A DNA stretch of 64,000 nucleotides. It comes from Hypanus sabinus (taxonomy: Eukaryota). Where the stretch lies: NCBI RefSeq assembly GCF_030144855.1, contig NW_026780455.1, positions 124,001 to 188,000 of the forward strand, written 5' to 3'. The number at the start of each line of letters is the position of its first letter. The first letter of the stretch is position 1. The position numbers and the translations under genes were made by a program. Positions 11,154-24,949 of the stretch are shown here, piece by piece. A model generated the notes under the pieces. It was not told where the DNA came from. It was given only the letters and a program-made list of their open reading frames with translations, and did no database searches.

Positions 11154-11168
11154 ACAGTAGATGGCGAC
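11154..11168 (+). promoter_or_regulatory. CTCF-like motif
   Basis: ACAGTAGATGGCGAC resembles the CCASYAGRKGGCRS core. Confidence 0.35.
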
Positions 11169-11949
11169 ATGAGTGAGCAAACGGATGAACAGTAATACGC
11201 CTTTAAAATAAAGCGATTCCAGCCCTCAGAAAATCATTCCGCTATGTGCCTCTGCACCAGGCGTCTTCAGGACGACTAAGTGAGTTGGAACTGTCCCAAC
11301 AGAGGCACTAACGATTACGGCAAACAGGTGATGACTGGGGAGTTTTTTTCAGTTGTGATGATTGAGAAGAAATAAATGTTGGCTTCTGCAGTTAGTCCAT
11401 GCGCGACAAGTGTATCGATATGAAATTACTGAAAAATATTACAAACGCTCAGGAAATGACATCATATGATCATCCCATCTGCATTAACAAAGTTGTTGTT
11501 CCACCACTTCCACTCCTCTGCTCCTTCCTATGTCTGGCTGCAGCCGGTGGAAAAAGTCCCTCTCTGAAGTTGTCCGCCTCTCACTTTATGTATCTGCGTT
11601 CTGGTATTTGACATATTCAGCTTCGCAGAGGTCTGAGTGTTCGGTGACTGTGGAAAGTGTTCTGTCTCCTTGAAAGTTGTATAGTTTTTCAACATTGAAT
11701 CACATTGGATTTAATTTGCCTTTTATGAAACTGATCCACCATAAAAAGACAGACTGTCAAAGTGAAAACAGAAACAGAGTGATCGAAACTGCATACAAAT
11801 GAAAAACCATAACCATTGATAGCATCGGTATTCACCGCCTGAAGTATAACACACCAAATCATCACTGATACAGCTAATTGTTTTAGAAGTCACATAATCC
11901 AAACAAGGTGGCCACATTGATACTGCTGGTGAGTCAGTATCCTTGCAAA

Positions 11950-12670
11950 AACTACACCACTGAGACAAAAGTACACACCAACCAGTTCTGCGAAATTGCT
12001 ATTGGCAAGCACAAGTCAGGAGATGGGTACAAGACATTTTCAACGTCACAGTTGGAGGACATTTAAGTCAATTATCAAAGGAATGGCAAGAATACGGCAC
12101 AGCTGTATGTCTACGCCCAACAGGCCGAACTCAAATACTGAGTCACCGTGCAATAAAGGGACAACTGAGGGAGGCAACTAAGAGACCTACAACAACACTG
12201 AAAAGATACACGTTTCAGTGTTGGAGTTGGCAAAGTCTGTGCATGAAATAACTGTTTTCCTGGTGTTTCAGCAGCCACAGTATTATGGGGGATGGCAAAG
12301 AGAAAGCTGTTAAAAGAAAGACTCATATGAAACCTTAGCCAGAGTTAGCCAGAAGACATGTGGGAGAATCTGAAGTCAGCTGGAAGAAATTTCTGCTGTC
12401 TGATGAAACACAATTGAGTATTTTGGCTTATGGGAACAACAGCTAAATGCTATGTCTCACACAAGGCAAACATCGCTTCGCATCAGAAAGACACCATCCT
12501 GACCGTGAAGCATGGTAATGACGGCATCTGGATTTGAAGCTTGTGAAGGTAGAGGGCAAAATCAATGAAGAAAAACACAGGGGAATTCTGGAGGACAGCT
12601 AGAAGCAGTTTACAGGAGAACCAGGACAAGCATAAAGCCAATACGGCACAAAAATGGTTATAAGACAAGG
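11950..12670 (+). mobile_element. Decayed Tc1/mariner transposase
   Basis: Frame-broken motifs KHKSGDGYK, REATKRPTTT, SDET (first catalytic Asp) and TVKHG. Confidence 0.8.
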
Positions 12671-13299
12671 CAGTTAAAAAGGTAGGGAGAGGAGAAAACG
12701 GCGAGCTGGAACGTGATAAGTGAAGTCAGGTGGGTCGGAGGGGAGAAGGGCTGGAGAAGAAGGAATCTGATAGGAATGGAGAGCTGACTATACGATAAAC
12801 GGATGGAGAAGGGAACACGGGGGAAGTAATAGTCACGTGGGAATTGGTGAACGGTCAATGTGGAATAAAGAAATAGTGGGGATCGCGGTTCGGTCCAGGG
12901 TTAGAGAAAGTTCAAAGTGGGATTAATTTCTCGAGGTACCAGTCCACCTCCTGGGTACAGATGTCTCCACTTTCTCTCTTTTCCAGTCTTTCACCTTCAA
13001 CTCCCCCCCCCCCCACATCGCTTCACCTGTCACCTTTAAGATCGCTTCCTTTCCTGCTTCCCATTCATTCCTCGGCCGCCCACTTTATGGGCTCCAGCCG
13101 CCCGCAGTCTGTACCTCAAAGCCAGGTAACTCCCAATTCCAGCTCCGCTCAGATGGCGGAGTCGAGGGATATGGGGAGAGGCAGGAACATGGTACTGATT
13201 GTGGATGATAAGATACGATCACATTCAATGGCGGTGCTGGCTTTAAGTGCTGACTGGCCTACACCTGCCCCTATTGTCTATTGTCTAATGTCTAAAGCC

Positions 13300-14760
13300 T
13301 GGCACTTGACGTAGCCATTCTTGTCATTGCTCCATCAAAATCTTTGTAATCGCCACAACATCATAGCTCTCCAAATCTATCTAAGTTTCGGAAAGTCTGC
13401 ATGAGGAATCTCGAATCCCTTAGCACCTCTGACTTTGATTTATTTTCCTGATCAATGCCACAGTCTGCACCTTTATTAGATCCACCAAAATGCATGTTCA
13501 TACAGTTCCCGAATTCAGTTCTATTGTATTGATTTTGTTTCTTCTTTGTTCATTTACATGCGGACCAACAACCTTTACTACGGCCAAATGTGAAATGTGT
13601 AATCATAGTTCATTTATGTTAATAAATACATGTACTTTGACCTATCTCTGTATCGTCTGCAAACTTTGCAACAAAGCCGTCAATTCCATTCAAATCATAG
13701 ACATTTATCGTAAAAATAATCATTGGCAACACAGACACCTGTGGACACTATTAGTCACCTGCAGCCAAACAGGAAAGACTCCATTAATTTCAAATCTTTG
13801 TCTCATGACAATCAGCCATTAATATATCCATCGTTTGAATCGCAGAGCCTGATGAGATATTTGCCTATTCTTTCGTTTGTCGACATTGACTTTATTTCCC
13901 TTCAACACCCAAAATTGGTTTCGCTTGCCAACATTTGCTAAGAATCTCCAAAGATTGCAGTCATATTCACGGAACACAGTTACAGCCCGACGGAACAACC
14001 AATCAGTTCCGGGTTCATATCACTCTGATTGCCACCCCTCCATGTATATCCCAATTTGGTTCTTAATTATATTCTTGTCTCTTTCTGAACCACTCTCTCT
14101 GGTATATTTTCACTTGCAATCAACTCCATCCACGTACGTTAAAAAAAAAATCCTTCCGCTCCCACCGAAAACTCTCTCTCATCCCACTCGATCCTATTTT
14201 ACCTGCTTTTGCCTCTTGCTATTCAGGTCATTCCTAAAACGCGGTCTTAGTGAAAGCGACTCCTTTTAATCCATCCTACTCCCTTACCTGAACGCATGTT
14301 CACAAGATTTTATCATACCTATCCAGTATCTCAAAAGACCCTTATCATCCACCTCGACTATGCCTGTTCAAATTCAAAAGAAACTTCTGCAAGTTCGTCC
14401 CTCATTCTATCAAGTTCCAAGTATCCTACTATTCTCCATGCCTCAAGCCCTCTAGTGTTGGGTACATGTCCATCACTCTTTTCTGCCTTTGCTCCTGCAC
14501 AGCCGCAACTTTGCATGGTGACCAAATACTGTACTGAGTATTCCGAGTGCGCCCTCATCGACAACTCAAAGAACTGCAACATGATCTCAAAGCGTCTCTG
14601 CTAAAATACCTGTCTGAGCAATTCTGGGGCACTGAACGCTACTTGTCGATTGCTGACCTGTAATCGTTTTTTGTATGAGATCCTCTGCTTGGGATTTGAA
14701 ACTACAGGACACTCAAAGCTGCTGGGCAGGTTGACTCTGTGGTTAAGAAGGCATAAGTTT
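13300..14760 (-). mobile_element. CR1 LINE fragments
   Basis: Antisense RT and 3' motifs (acgccctcatcgacaactc; atcctctgcttggg...ctgtggttaagaaggcata). Approximate bounds. Confidence 0.55.
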
Positions 14761-15512
14761 GTTGTACTGCCTCTCAGTTTGTAATCCATCCCCTCATCCC
14801 CTCATCCCGCTGAATCCACACTGCCTCTCTTCGTTTCCAATCCCGGTGAAGGAACTCTTTCCGACGTGTCAGCTGTTCATTCCCTGATTTAGAAACCAGG
14901 ACATGGAATATTACGGCACAAGAAGAGACCCTTCGTCCCACAATGATTTGCTGACGCAGTTGAAGTAGTAACATAACGGCAATCATTTTTTTTTCTGCTT
15001 ATATAACGACAGTATCCTTAAATTTTCCTCATAGGCACAGCTATGTCTCAGATACCGCAGGCAGCTGTGCAGACCAAGCCGTTGGATATATTCAGGGCAG
15101 TTGCTGATGTTTTTTGATAGGTCAGGGCAAGAAGAGATACGGGGCAAGGCAGGAGATTTGGGCTGAGAAGGAAATTATTTCAGCCATGATAAAATGGCAA
15201 AGCAGACTCGATGGGCAAAGTGGCCAAAATCTGCTCCAAGATCGCATGTTCTGATGGTCGGAATGTCAGGATTCTTCGCGGGGACAGAGACTTTGGTGGT
15301 GCCCCGTCCAAATCCTCGCCCGGTTTGATCGGGGGCTGTGTGGTTATGAATGTGAAATACGCGTTATCATTCATGAAGAAGATTTGGACGCAGCTGGACT
15401 AATCCGGCGGACCGCAAGGAGCAAAATTCGACAGTTGACCAGATAATCTACAAAAATAAAAATTAATAGATGCTGCCTGACCAGTGAGTTTCTCCAGCAA
15501 TTTGTGTGTGAT

Positions 15513-15747
15513 TGTCACGGACCCCGTGACCGGTATACAGAACCAAGAGGAATGGAGAACACTCTGGAGTTTGGTATCCTATAAACTAATAACTTTTATT
15601 AGTATCTAAGCAATGCAGTAATATCGATGTAAATAAATCAAACGGGTTAGCATTATATATACTTAAGTGTGAAAACAGGAAATAACTAGGCTCTTTCAAA
15701 CCTAGATATGATGAGTTCAGTTCAATTCGAGGTCATTTGTTGTAACG

Positions 15748-15840
<93 letters not shown>

Positions 15841-16329
15841 TGAGAGGTGATGCCGTCGATCTTCCCGTTGTCTTCCGAAGTCATCTTGTGTTCAGCAACT
15901 ATGACATGGTACGAATTAACAACCAGGCAACGATGGACACAAACATTTTTCCCCGCCGGTCGCGCCTTTTCACACAGTGAGCTACTGATCGATTTCCCCG
16001 AATCGAACCTCCGACAACCCCGCCTTCCTCTGTGTGCAACAGAGCTCGTCCAGTCCGTACCGTGTGTCTCGTGGTGTGTGCGTCTGTGTAACAGCGGACC
16101 TGGCTTTTATCTCTCCATGTTGGAGACCAGCTGTCCATCAAAATGTTCCGTCCTCCACTTTCTGCAGGAACTCTACAAGCGGGCAAGTGCCCTCGCAGAA
16201 AAGGTAAACAAGCTGGCAGAGAAACCATAACATCAACCTTCCGAGTAGATTCTGTCCCTCTCTCTAAACAGCAGCAGAGTTCATAGGGTCTATTCTGGAC
16301 CCCGTTTCAAACTAGGTTTTCCCCTGACA
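15513..16329 (-). mobile_element. Putative solo LTR (817 bp) containing an (AG)n tract
   Basis: Termini TGTCA...TGACA, flanks tgat/tgtt (near 4-bp TSD) and a minus-strand AATAAA near 15,595. Shares tgccgtcgatcttcccgttgtc with the 35.5 and 46 kb elements. Confidence 0.55.
15752..15837 (+). repeat. (AG)43 microsatellite
   Basis: 86 nt perfect AG repeat. Confidence 0.98.
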
Positions 16330-17966
16330 TGTTGATTTAGTTTTCAGAAATCAATAGAGATCTCGTGCTTATGATTTGCTGGCAGTCTCCTCGGGGCATG
16401 CCTGAGGAAATTCAAATCCTCATTTCAACAGGGGTTCAGTGAGACCCTCTCTCACGGCTCTCCCTCTGGTCTAGCAGATTATTTCCTCTCCCACCCTTTT
16501 ACTTCCACGACCAACTGGCTTCATCTATAACCTTCTAACTACCTTTCTTCGACTCCACTACCTCAGCCACTTTTAATTCTGGGGTCTTCCGCCATCTCCA
16601 GTCCTGCGGAAAGGTCTTGCTGCACAAAATTGACTGTTTATTCATTTTTGTTGTTAAGTTATTCTCGCATGTTTAAAAAATATATTTCAATTTCCATTTT
16701 TATTCAACAACCAAAAATTGTATCTACTCCGCTATTCCATCATGGCAGATTTACGATCCCTCCCAACCCCATTCCCCTACCGTCCCCCAGAACCATTGAC
16801 TGCCTCAATCATGAAAAACCTTTCACAATCCACTTTAAAGCTTCCTAACAACCCCACCTCTCGTCTCTTCTGTTCAGCTCACTGACTATTATTCTCCAGC
16901 TGGAGAACCCATGCCTTCTCTTTTGTCCATTGCCAACAGTCCTCAAATTCGTTCCCTTCCCACTTACACTTATCTCCTCACAGAATCTTACTGCACCCCC
17001 ATCCGCTCATTCCCCTGCATTTCCCGTCACACTTTTTGCCCTAGCACCTGTCAGTTTGTAACTCATCCCCTCATTTCCTCATCCCGCTGAACTCACCCTA
17101 TTGTTTCGAAGCAGGTTATAGACCGTACTGTCGTATCAGTTTGATAAAGTTGTTAGTTCTCGGGTAATTTTCCAAACCATCTGCACTTACACCAAGCTTT
17201 GTCGACATCCACAACCCCATCACGTTCTGTGTCCTCTGCAAGTGTATTTAAGTGCCATATACATTTTCATCAGAGTCAAACGCCAGAGCATAACCAACAC
17301 TTGTCAAATCCAGAATGGTTGCCCTCTACCACTACCCTCTGTCCACCACCTCTGGATCAAAAATTGACTGGATGCTGTGCCCTGAGGCCTAGTGTTCTGC
17401 ATCATCCTAACCGGAAAGGGTCGCTCTTGAGCATAACGGGGAATAGTCAAACGGGGAAGGAAAAGGACCAAATTACGAGGAACCTAGTAAGGATACGCAT
17501 CGGCGTTTCTGAGAGTTCCAATCAGTATCTCAGGTGGAATAGTCCAGTGCAAGATGCTGCTCCGGAAGGGTCAGCGGGAAAAAATCTCTGACGTATCCAT
17601 ACCAATTCAATGTGTTTATCTTGGAGTCATACTTCTGACAGCATCTCACATTTCGTGCCGAATCACATGTCAAGTCAAGTCTCTTTTATTGTCATCTCAA
17701 CTATAACTGTTGTTACAGTTCACAGCAAAATCGAAACAACGATTCTACAGAACCATGGCACTGCAGGGAAAAACATAAAATTACATTAGTCTTCAGGCCT
17801 ACACAGAGACAACATAAGGTGCACAAAACAGTGCAAGAGAACACAGTACAGACAAATCACAATACAAAAAATGAACTATGTAAATGTAAATGCAAATCTA
17901 ATCAATGTAAACAATGTTTCCGCAAGAATTGAGTAGGAAATGACCAAAAATTGCAAAGGGTCTGGA

Positions 17967-18094
17967 NNNNNNNNNNNNNNNNNNNNNNNNNNNNNNNNNN
18001 NNNNNNNNNNNNNNNNNNNNNNNNNNNNNNNNNNNNNNNNNNNNNNNNNNNNNNNNNNNNNNNNNNNNNNNNNNNNNNNNNNNNNNNNNNNNNN
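17967..18094. other. Assembly gap (128 N)
   Basis: Run of N; flanks look like LINE sequence. Confidence 1.
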
Positions 18095-18871
18095 ATAATG
18101 ATCAGGTGCCCTTTCTGCATAACCACCTTCGCCACATACCCAATGTACTCAATCCAGTCCTATAGATTGGACCTCCACTGCACAAAGTGACCAAGTATTT
18201 CCTTTAATTCCCAGAAGGCATTGCGATAGCTGTTGCAGCTTGAGGCGGATGAAAGACGATTGAGCGAGTGGTTTTCCGAGTCCGCGTTACTGGATTATTC
18301 TCGGGGTGACAGGCGGATTCCAATGAACTCCGGATCAACTGGAGATTTGCAGTATGTCCACAGTAACCAGACTTCCCGAACAGTGCAATAGCTGGGGGTC
18401 TTGGAAAGAAATCCTCTCGCCAGAGGAAGGAGATGGAGCTACATCTGACGTAGCTGAACAGGCATTCGGGCCGCACGGAATAGCGGCAGGGCACAAGCGT
18501 CGGATTGCGATGGTGCTGTCAGAGCATTGTATGCAATAAACGGTAGAAAATAGAACATAGAATAGTTCAGCACATTACAGGCCCTTCGGCCCACAATATC
18601 GTGATGAACCTCAAACCCTGCCACCCAATCTTAAATTCCTCCACTTGGTAGAAACATCCAGTTGGTGGAACTGAAGTAGACATGAGAGGGAACTCGTGAA
18701 GAACATAAACTTGAAAGAGCACACAGGAGGCAGTTTGGGAACACGTCACGGATCGTTGTCTTGCATGCAGTTGGGGAGGGCGAGAGCTAATCGGGGTCGT
18801 CCACATGCCATTGACGAAACTGAACATGCCATTGACGAAAAGAGATATTTTGCTGCGAAATGGGTGAGGCG

Positions 18872-19795
18872 TCAGCGGATATTACTGCGGTGCTGAGAAC
18901 GCCGAATGAACTTTGACATGAGACTTACGGGCAATTTCACCGTTTCCTTAAACTGCACCCTGAACCTGGCCTGTACAATGGCGTAGAGGGCCGTGTTGGT
19001 GCAGCAGCTCAGCAGCTGCAGCATGTAGCCCAGTTCCTGCAGAGAATTCGAGCGTAGCACTTTAACGTAAAAAAAACAGGCTATCCCATACGGAAAGCAC
19101 TGTTAGCAGTGCCCACAGCAGGATGAAATTCCCCGACATCGCCAGCAGTAACAGGAGGGATTGCCTGCGGTTCGTCATTTCCGGGTCGGCGGGCTTCTCT
19201 CTATTGCGTGAACGACGGAGTCTGCTGCGTGCTCGGCTGGCCACGAAGACGTGCCTAATGGTTAAACTGTTGAGCAGCAGAATCAGGATAAAGGGTAATA
19301 CTGGGGTGAGGAGGAAATGAATCAGTTTAAATGCTGTCTGCAGAGTTTTGGAAAAACGATAAGAATGCATACAAAGAACGGGCGAAATTACCATTGGATA
19401 ATACCCAGCTAGCAAAAAGTACCAGATCATGTTCTTTACGCAGCTCAGCACAGTCACTGTCCCCAGAACCAGAGCCGCCCCTCTCCCGGTGCAGTATTTT
19501 CGTTGCAGCTTCTGAAAACAAATGCCGACAAATCGATCAAAGGTGAAAGTGACGGTGAACCAGACAGAACAGTCCGTGGCGGTGTAGAACACGACGGCAT
19601 GAATATTACAAACAGGGACACGACGCGACCATATGAAGACATGTAGTGGAATGTAAGTCATCGGAATCTTGCTCAATACCAGATCGAAGAGAACCACGAG
19701 CTGATCCGCTGCTACCATGGCAACCAGGTACCTTGTGACGCCTTGGGAGAGACCGCACTTTCCCCGCGACAGGATGACAATTGTCACCATGTTAA
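18872..19795 (-). pseudogene. GPR139-like paralogue 2, exon 2, with a single +1 frameshift
   Basis: Acceptor ctgcacag|TT at 19,795 and all 7TM motifs present. The frame breaks in the A8 run at 19,069-19,076; removing one base gives WDSLFFYVKVLRSNSLQELGY through to the stop at 18,872. Confidence 0.88.
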
Positions 19796-19999
19796 CTGTG
19801 CAGAATGAAATAAAAACCATTAACTTACATTTTGACGGAAACATTCTCTGAAAAATATTATTTTAATCGACAGCCCTTCCGATTGTAAAGATGAACATGA
19901 AATTAGTGTACCTGTTAAGCAAATTATCGGGAGCCATTAGTGAATCGGTAGTGTTTATAATGTACCTGCTGAAGTTCAGGAGAATGAGGAAATTCTCAT

Positions 20000-22900
20000 T
20001 GAAATCTGTCGAATATTGAAATTCGTAGATACCGTCGAAATGGAGCAGTAGATACTGTCGTTGGGGAGTCTGCACCTGAAGACGGGTTTTCTCAAAATAA
20101 CGACATCTCTTTAGAACAGAGACGGGAAGAATTTTTTTTTTACACAAATGCTGGTGAATGTGCAGAATTTATCGCCACAAACAGTTCAGTGGGGCTGTTC
20201 ATTGGTACCTTTTGCAGTAGAAACGCGGAGATGGCGCCAGAATGTGATTGAGAGGGATCAGCTATGTTGGAATTACGGAGTAGGCTCGGCGCTCAAATGG
20301 CTGAATTCAGCTGCCGTACGCTATGTGCTCAGCAGGGATATCAATGGACTTGAAAGTATTCTGATCGTTGGCGTCAGAAGAAAGACTTGAGACCGGCAAT
20401 TGTTAAGAGAATAATAAACTGATTAATATACCATGTATGACAGTGACAGAAATTGAAATCCCTTCAACTGTAAACACGAGAGGAATTGGGAATATAAGAA
20501 CTTTCGTTACAGAAGCAGAAATATTCCTTCTGTTCGGACTGGCATGATCTGGCAGTGAAGATGATCATGGCTGATCTAGAAACATAGAAATCCTACAGCA
20601 CAATACAGGCCCTTCGTCCCGCAAAACTATACCGAACATGTTTTGCCTTAGAAATTGCGAGGCTTACCCATCGCCCTCTATTTTTCTAAGATCCATGTAC
20701 CTGTACAAAAGTATCCTTAGAGATCCTATCGTATCCGCCTCCACCACCGGTGCCGGCAGCCCATTCCACGCACTCACCGCTCTCTGCATAAAAAAAAACC
20801 TACTGAATTCTCCTCTGTTACCTACTCCCAAGCACCCTAACACCTGCGTCCTCTTCTGGCAACCATTTCAGCCCTTGGAAACAGACTCTGACTATCAACA
20901 GGATCAATTCCACTCATGATCTTATACACCTTTATCAGGTCACCTCTCATCCTCCGTCGCTCCCTGGCGAGAGGGCCGATTTCACTCAACCTGTTTTCAT
21001 AAGGCATATTCTCCATTCCAGGCATCATCCTTGTAAATCTCCTCTGCATACATTCTATGCTTTCCACGTACATCCTGTAATGAGGCGACCAGATCGAGCA
21101 CAGTACGCCAAGTGGGGTCTGACCAGGGTCCTATATAAATGCAACATTTCCTCTCGGCTCCTAAATTGAATTCCACGATTGATAAAGATCAATATACTGT
21201 GTGCCTTCTGAACCACAAAGTCAACCTGCACAGCAGATTCCAGCGTCATATGGACTCGGACCCCAAGATCCCTCTGATCTTCAAACACCGCCAACAGTCT
21301 TACAATTAATACTATATTATATCATCATATTTGAACTACCAAAATAAGCAACTTCACACTTATCTGGTTTGTAGTCTACCTGGCACTTTTCAGCCCAGTT
21401 TTGCATCTTGTCAATGCCTCGTTGTAAATTCTGACGGCATCTACACAATCCACAACATCTCGTAACTTTGTGTCATCAGCAAATTTACTAAACCAGCCCT
21501 TCAGTTCAGCATCCAGCTCTTTTTTTAAATAACGAAGAGTAATGGCCCCAGACCAAATCGATGAGGCACTGCACTGGTCACCTAGATCTCTGCAGAGTAT
21601 GACCCGTCTACAAGTAGTCTTTGCTTTATCTGGGCAAGCCAGTTCTGGATCCGCAAAGCAATGTCCCCTCAAATCTCATTCCTCCTGACTTTCTCAATGA
21701 GCCTTGCATGGATTACCTCAGCAAAAGCCTTGCCGAAATCCATATACACTACACCTACTGTTCTCACTTCATGAATATGTTTAGTCACATCCTCAAAATG
21801 TTCAATCAGTCTCAGAAGACACGAACTGCCCTTGACTATTCATGCTGACTATTCCTAACTATTTTATACCTTTATAAGTGTCCATAAATTCTGCCTCTCA
21901 GGGACTTTCCATCTACTAATGAACCACTGAAGTGCGACTGACCATATTCTCGTCGCTGCATACCCACCATTTCCTCATAACCCTCGATTCTTCTACTATA
22001 CAAAGACACTGCCAGCCAGACGTAAACATTTTTTTTTATTATTGTAGTAGCCTCCACAGCTTCCTTGAGCAGAGAATTCCACTGGATACACCACCCAAGA
22101 ATGAAGAAGTTCCTCCTCATGATGGTCCTCGATTTACTCCACAGAAACCTCAGGTTATGTCCCGGAGTTTTAGTCTCTCCTGCCAGCGGAAGCTACTGTC
22201 CTGCCACTATCTAATCTATACATTCCCTAATTTTATATGTTTCTAGATGGTTTCCTGTCATCCTTCTGAGTTCCAGCGAGTACGATCCCAGTCGATTCAA
22301 TTGCCCCTGATAGTCGAGCCACCTGATCTCTGGAAGAAGCTGCTGAACCAGCTGCACATACTGTTTATCAATCTTCAAGTCGGGAGACCAGAACTGCACA
22401 GTACTCCCGATGCCGCATCGCCAGTGCCTTGTGCAGTTGCAGCGTAACCTGCCTGATCTTAAATCCAATCCCTCTGGCAAAAAGGGGGAAAAGTCTTCTT
22501 GATAACCTGCTGCACCTGCGAAGCAACCTTTTGTGATTCATGTACAATCACGCCAAAGTCCCTCCGCACAGCAGCATACTGCAATCGTTTACCACTGAAA
22601 GAATATTCTGCCCTTACATTTTCTCTTCCCAAGTGGATGACCTCGCATTTAACAACTTTGATCTCCATCTGCCTGACGCTGGTACATTCGCTGAACATGT
22701 TAATATCCCTCTGCATGCTGTCAGTTTTCTCCGTACCCTTCGTGTCAGTGACAGATCAAGGCAGTGATGATGCCCACGTGACCTCCTGCTTTCTAACTGG
22801 GTAAACGTTGGAGCTACTGATTTGTTTATTCAGTTTCTTTAACCCTCAATTCTGCCTCATGTTCGACCTACCGGAATGAAGGACAACACACTCATCTGTG

Positions 22901-23250
22901 TTGAGCATCTTCTACCTTTTCACAGCGCAGTTTGGCATCCTATCAACCTCCCTCTGTAACCTCTGACAGCCTTCCACACCATCCACAACACCAACCTATA
23001 TTTCCATCACCATATTTACCAACCCATCCCTCCAATTGTTCATCCAGGTCATTAATGTAAGTCACAAAGAATAGGGGTGAAAGAGCAGATCCCTGAGACA
23101 CACGACTGGTCAACGACCCCAATACAGAACATGACCGTCTAAATCAACACTTTGCCTTCTGTGGGAAGCCATTTCTGGATCCACATAGCAATCTTTCCTG
23201 GTATCACATGCCTCCTTACATTCACAATAAGCCTTGCATGGGGTACCTGA
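20000..23250. mobile_element. Mosaic of CR1 fragments in the intron of paralogue 2
   Basis: RT motifs SKFADDTKLRDVVDCVD, YRTLVRPHLAYC and RRRMRGDLIKVYKIM on the minus strand. Confidence 0.8.
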
Positions 23251-23395
23251 TAAAATACACTCAGCCGATATTTGCTGAAGCGATACAATTTGGAAAGACG
23301 TGCCTTGCTGTTAGCATGTCGTTAGAGGATAGGTATGAAAGAGAAATTGACTTATATTTTTCAACGTAGTTATGAGGAAGAGACGAGACACTTAC

Positions 23396-23561
23396 CAGGG
23401 GTAGCTACAATGGCGAGTACAGGGTAGTAAACCAGTTTGAATATCATAAGCACAACACTGAATCGAGAGTCCAACGTCAGCGATTTGTAATTTTCAAGAA
23501 GATATTGAATGTGTCCGCTTCGCGTCGCATTGTGCGATGTACTTCGAAGATTATGATCCAT
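23396..23561 (-). CDS. GPR139-like paralogue 2, exon 1
   Basis: ATG at 23,561, MDHNLRSTSHNATRSG...YYPVLAIVATP G|gtaagt; open frame with a phase-1 donor. Confidence 0.88.
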
Positions 23562-24199
23562 TTTTGGAACAACCAAGTTTCCTGTTCACGGTCCGGCGTC
23601 TGTCTTCTCTCTCTTTGCAGCTGCTCGCCTCTGATCGTGCAGACTGGCGGCTCACACAGAAGCTGTTGTTGTGTGGGATACCGTACATATTAATACACCA
23701 GGTAACAAGTAGCCACACATCCGCGGTGACGTCGACAATCCCCACGGACACACCTTTAATTAGATTCTACGCAATAACACGTGCAGTTAACCCTTTTTTT
23801 TTCAGACCGTCAGAGAAGCGATACAAAGGCAGATTGGATATCTAATAGTCCCAGTTGTCGGCTGTCCACGGATTTGGCCATGCGTGTAAATGTACGCAAA
23901 ATTGAGAAAACATATTGACACACACCTAGACATGGATATGCAGAGGGTTTGAAAAGTAAGGCACACGCAGCAAATAAAAAAATAATAATGATGAATTAAA
24001 CAGATCAAAATAATTACTGCACAGATAGCTGTTAATAATATAGTTTAATGGACAGTTCGAAAATTATATCGTGTGAGATAATTCGAAAATAATGATTTTC
24101 AAAAGCACCGTTTTGACCAGCGGCCAACCTGGTCTTCGCGTGTTTTGGGAAGAGACGACATTAGTCAGCACGGGTATAAATGTCGGCAGCGTGTAAAGT

Positions 24200-24790
24200 C
24201 AAAAGCAGCTTTGTCCAGCGGCCCGGCGGCGTTTGTGGTCGATCTGCAAGATGACAGCAGGGGCAAATGCTGGAACGATCGTCTGAATGGACCGTCAAGC
24301 AGGTGATCTTCAGTTTTCTGATCGCCGATGTGTCAGCTCAGGGCGGCTTCAGACAAAGCAGGCAAAGAAAAGAAAATTACTTGGCTAAGATTTTTTTCTT
24401 CCTTCGCTTCTTTATATCTGATCAGCTGGGATAACAGAGATGCCACGCAGGATAGTTGAATGCTCCTCTTGCGAGATCTGGATTGGCCGAGTGAACTCCA
24501 GGAACGGTGACGACGACAGCTGCGAGAACTGCGTTCAGCTGCAGCTTCTGATATTCCGCGTTAAGGAGGTGGAGCTGGAAATGGATGAACAGGTCATTCG
24601 GGAGACTTAAGTGGTGACAGACAGGACATACAGAGAGGGAATTACACACAGGGCGCAGGGCAGAGTAGACTGTGCGACATTCTGGAAGGAGAAAGCGCTG
24701 AAGGGCGCAGGGCAGAGATCCCATGAGGTCATCTCCCTCAACGATTTGGATGCCGTCGCGGATTTTGGGGGTGGGAGAATCACCTGACAT
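24200..24790 (+). mobile_element. CR1 5'UTR/ORF1 fragment
   Basis: Aligns with 9,000-9,400 (gtctgaatggaccgtcaagcaggtgatcttcag; gggataacagagatgcca). Confidence 0.7.
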
Positions 24791-24949
24791 TGTTCAGTTA
24801 TAATAGTCGGGTCTCAGGCACTAGGATTGCCTCTGTGACTCCGAAGGGAAGTGGACGTTGAGCGGTGTTCTTGTGTGTTTTGTAGTGGGGCGGCAGTGTG
24901 AAAGTCCCGATGTGTTGATAGGATATTCATTAATCTAATCTTAGAAGGC

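Noticed and set aside
15708-15980. 90-aa ORF with ERERER repeat
   Set aside because: Translation of the (AG)43 microsatellite.
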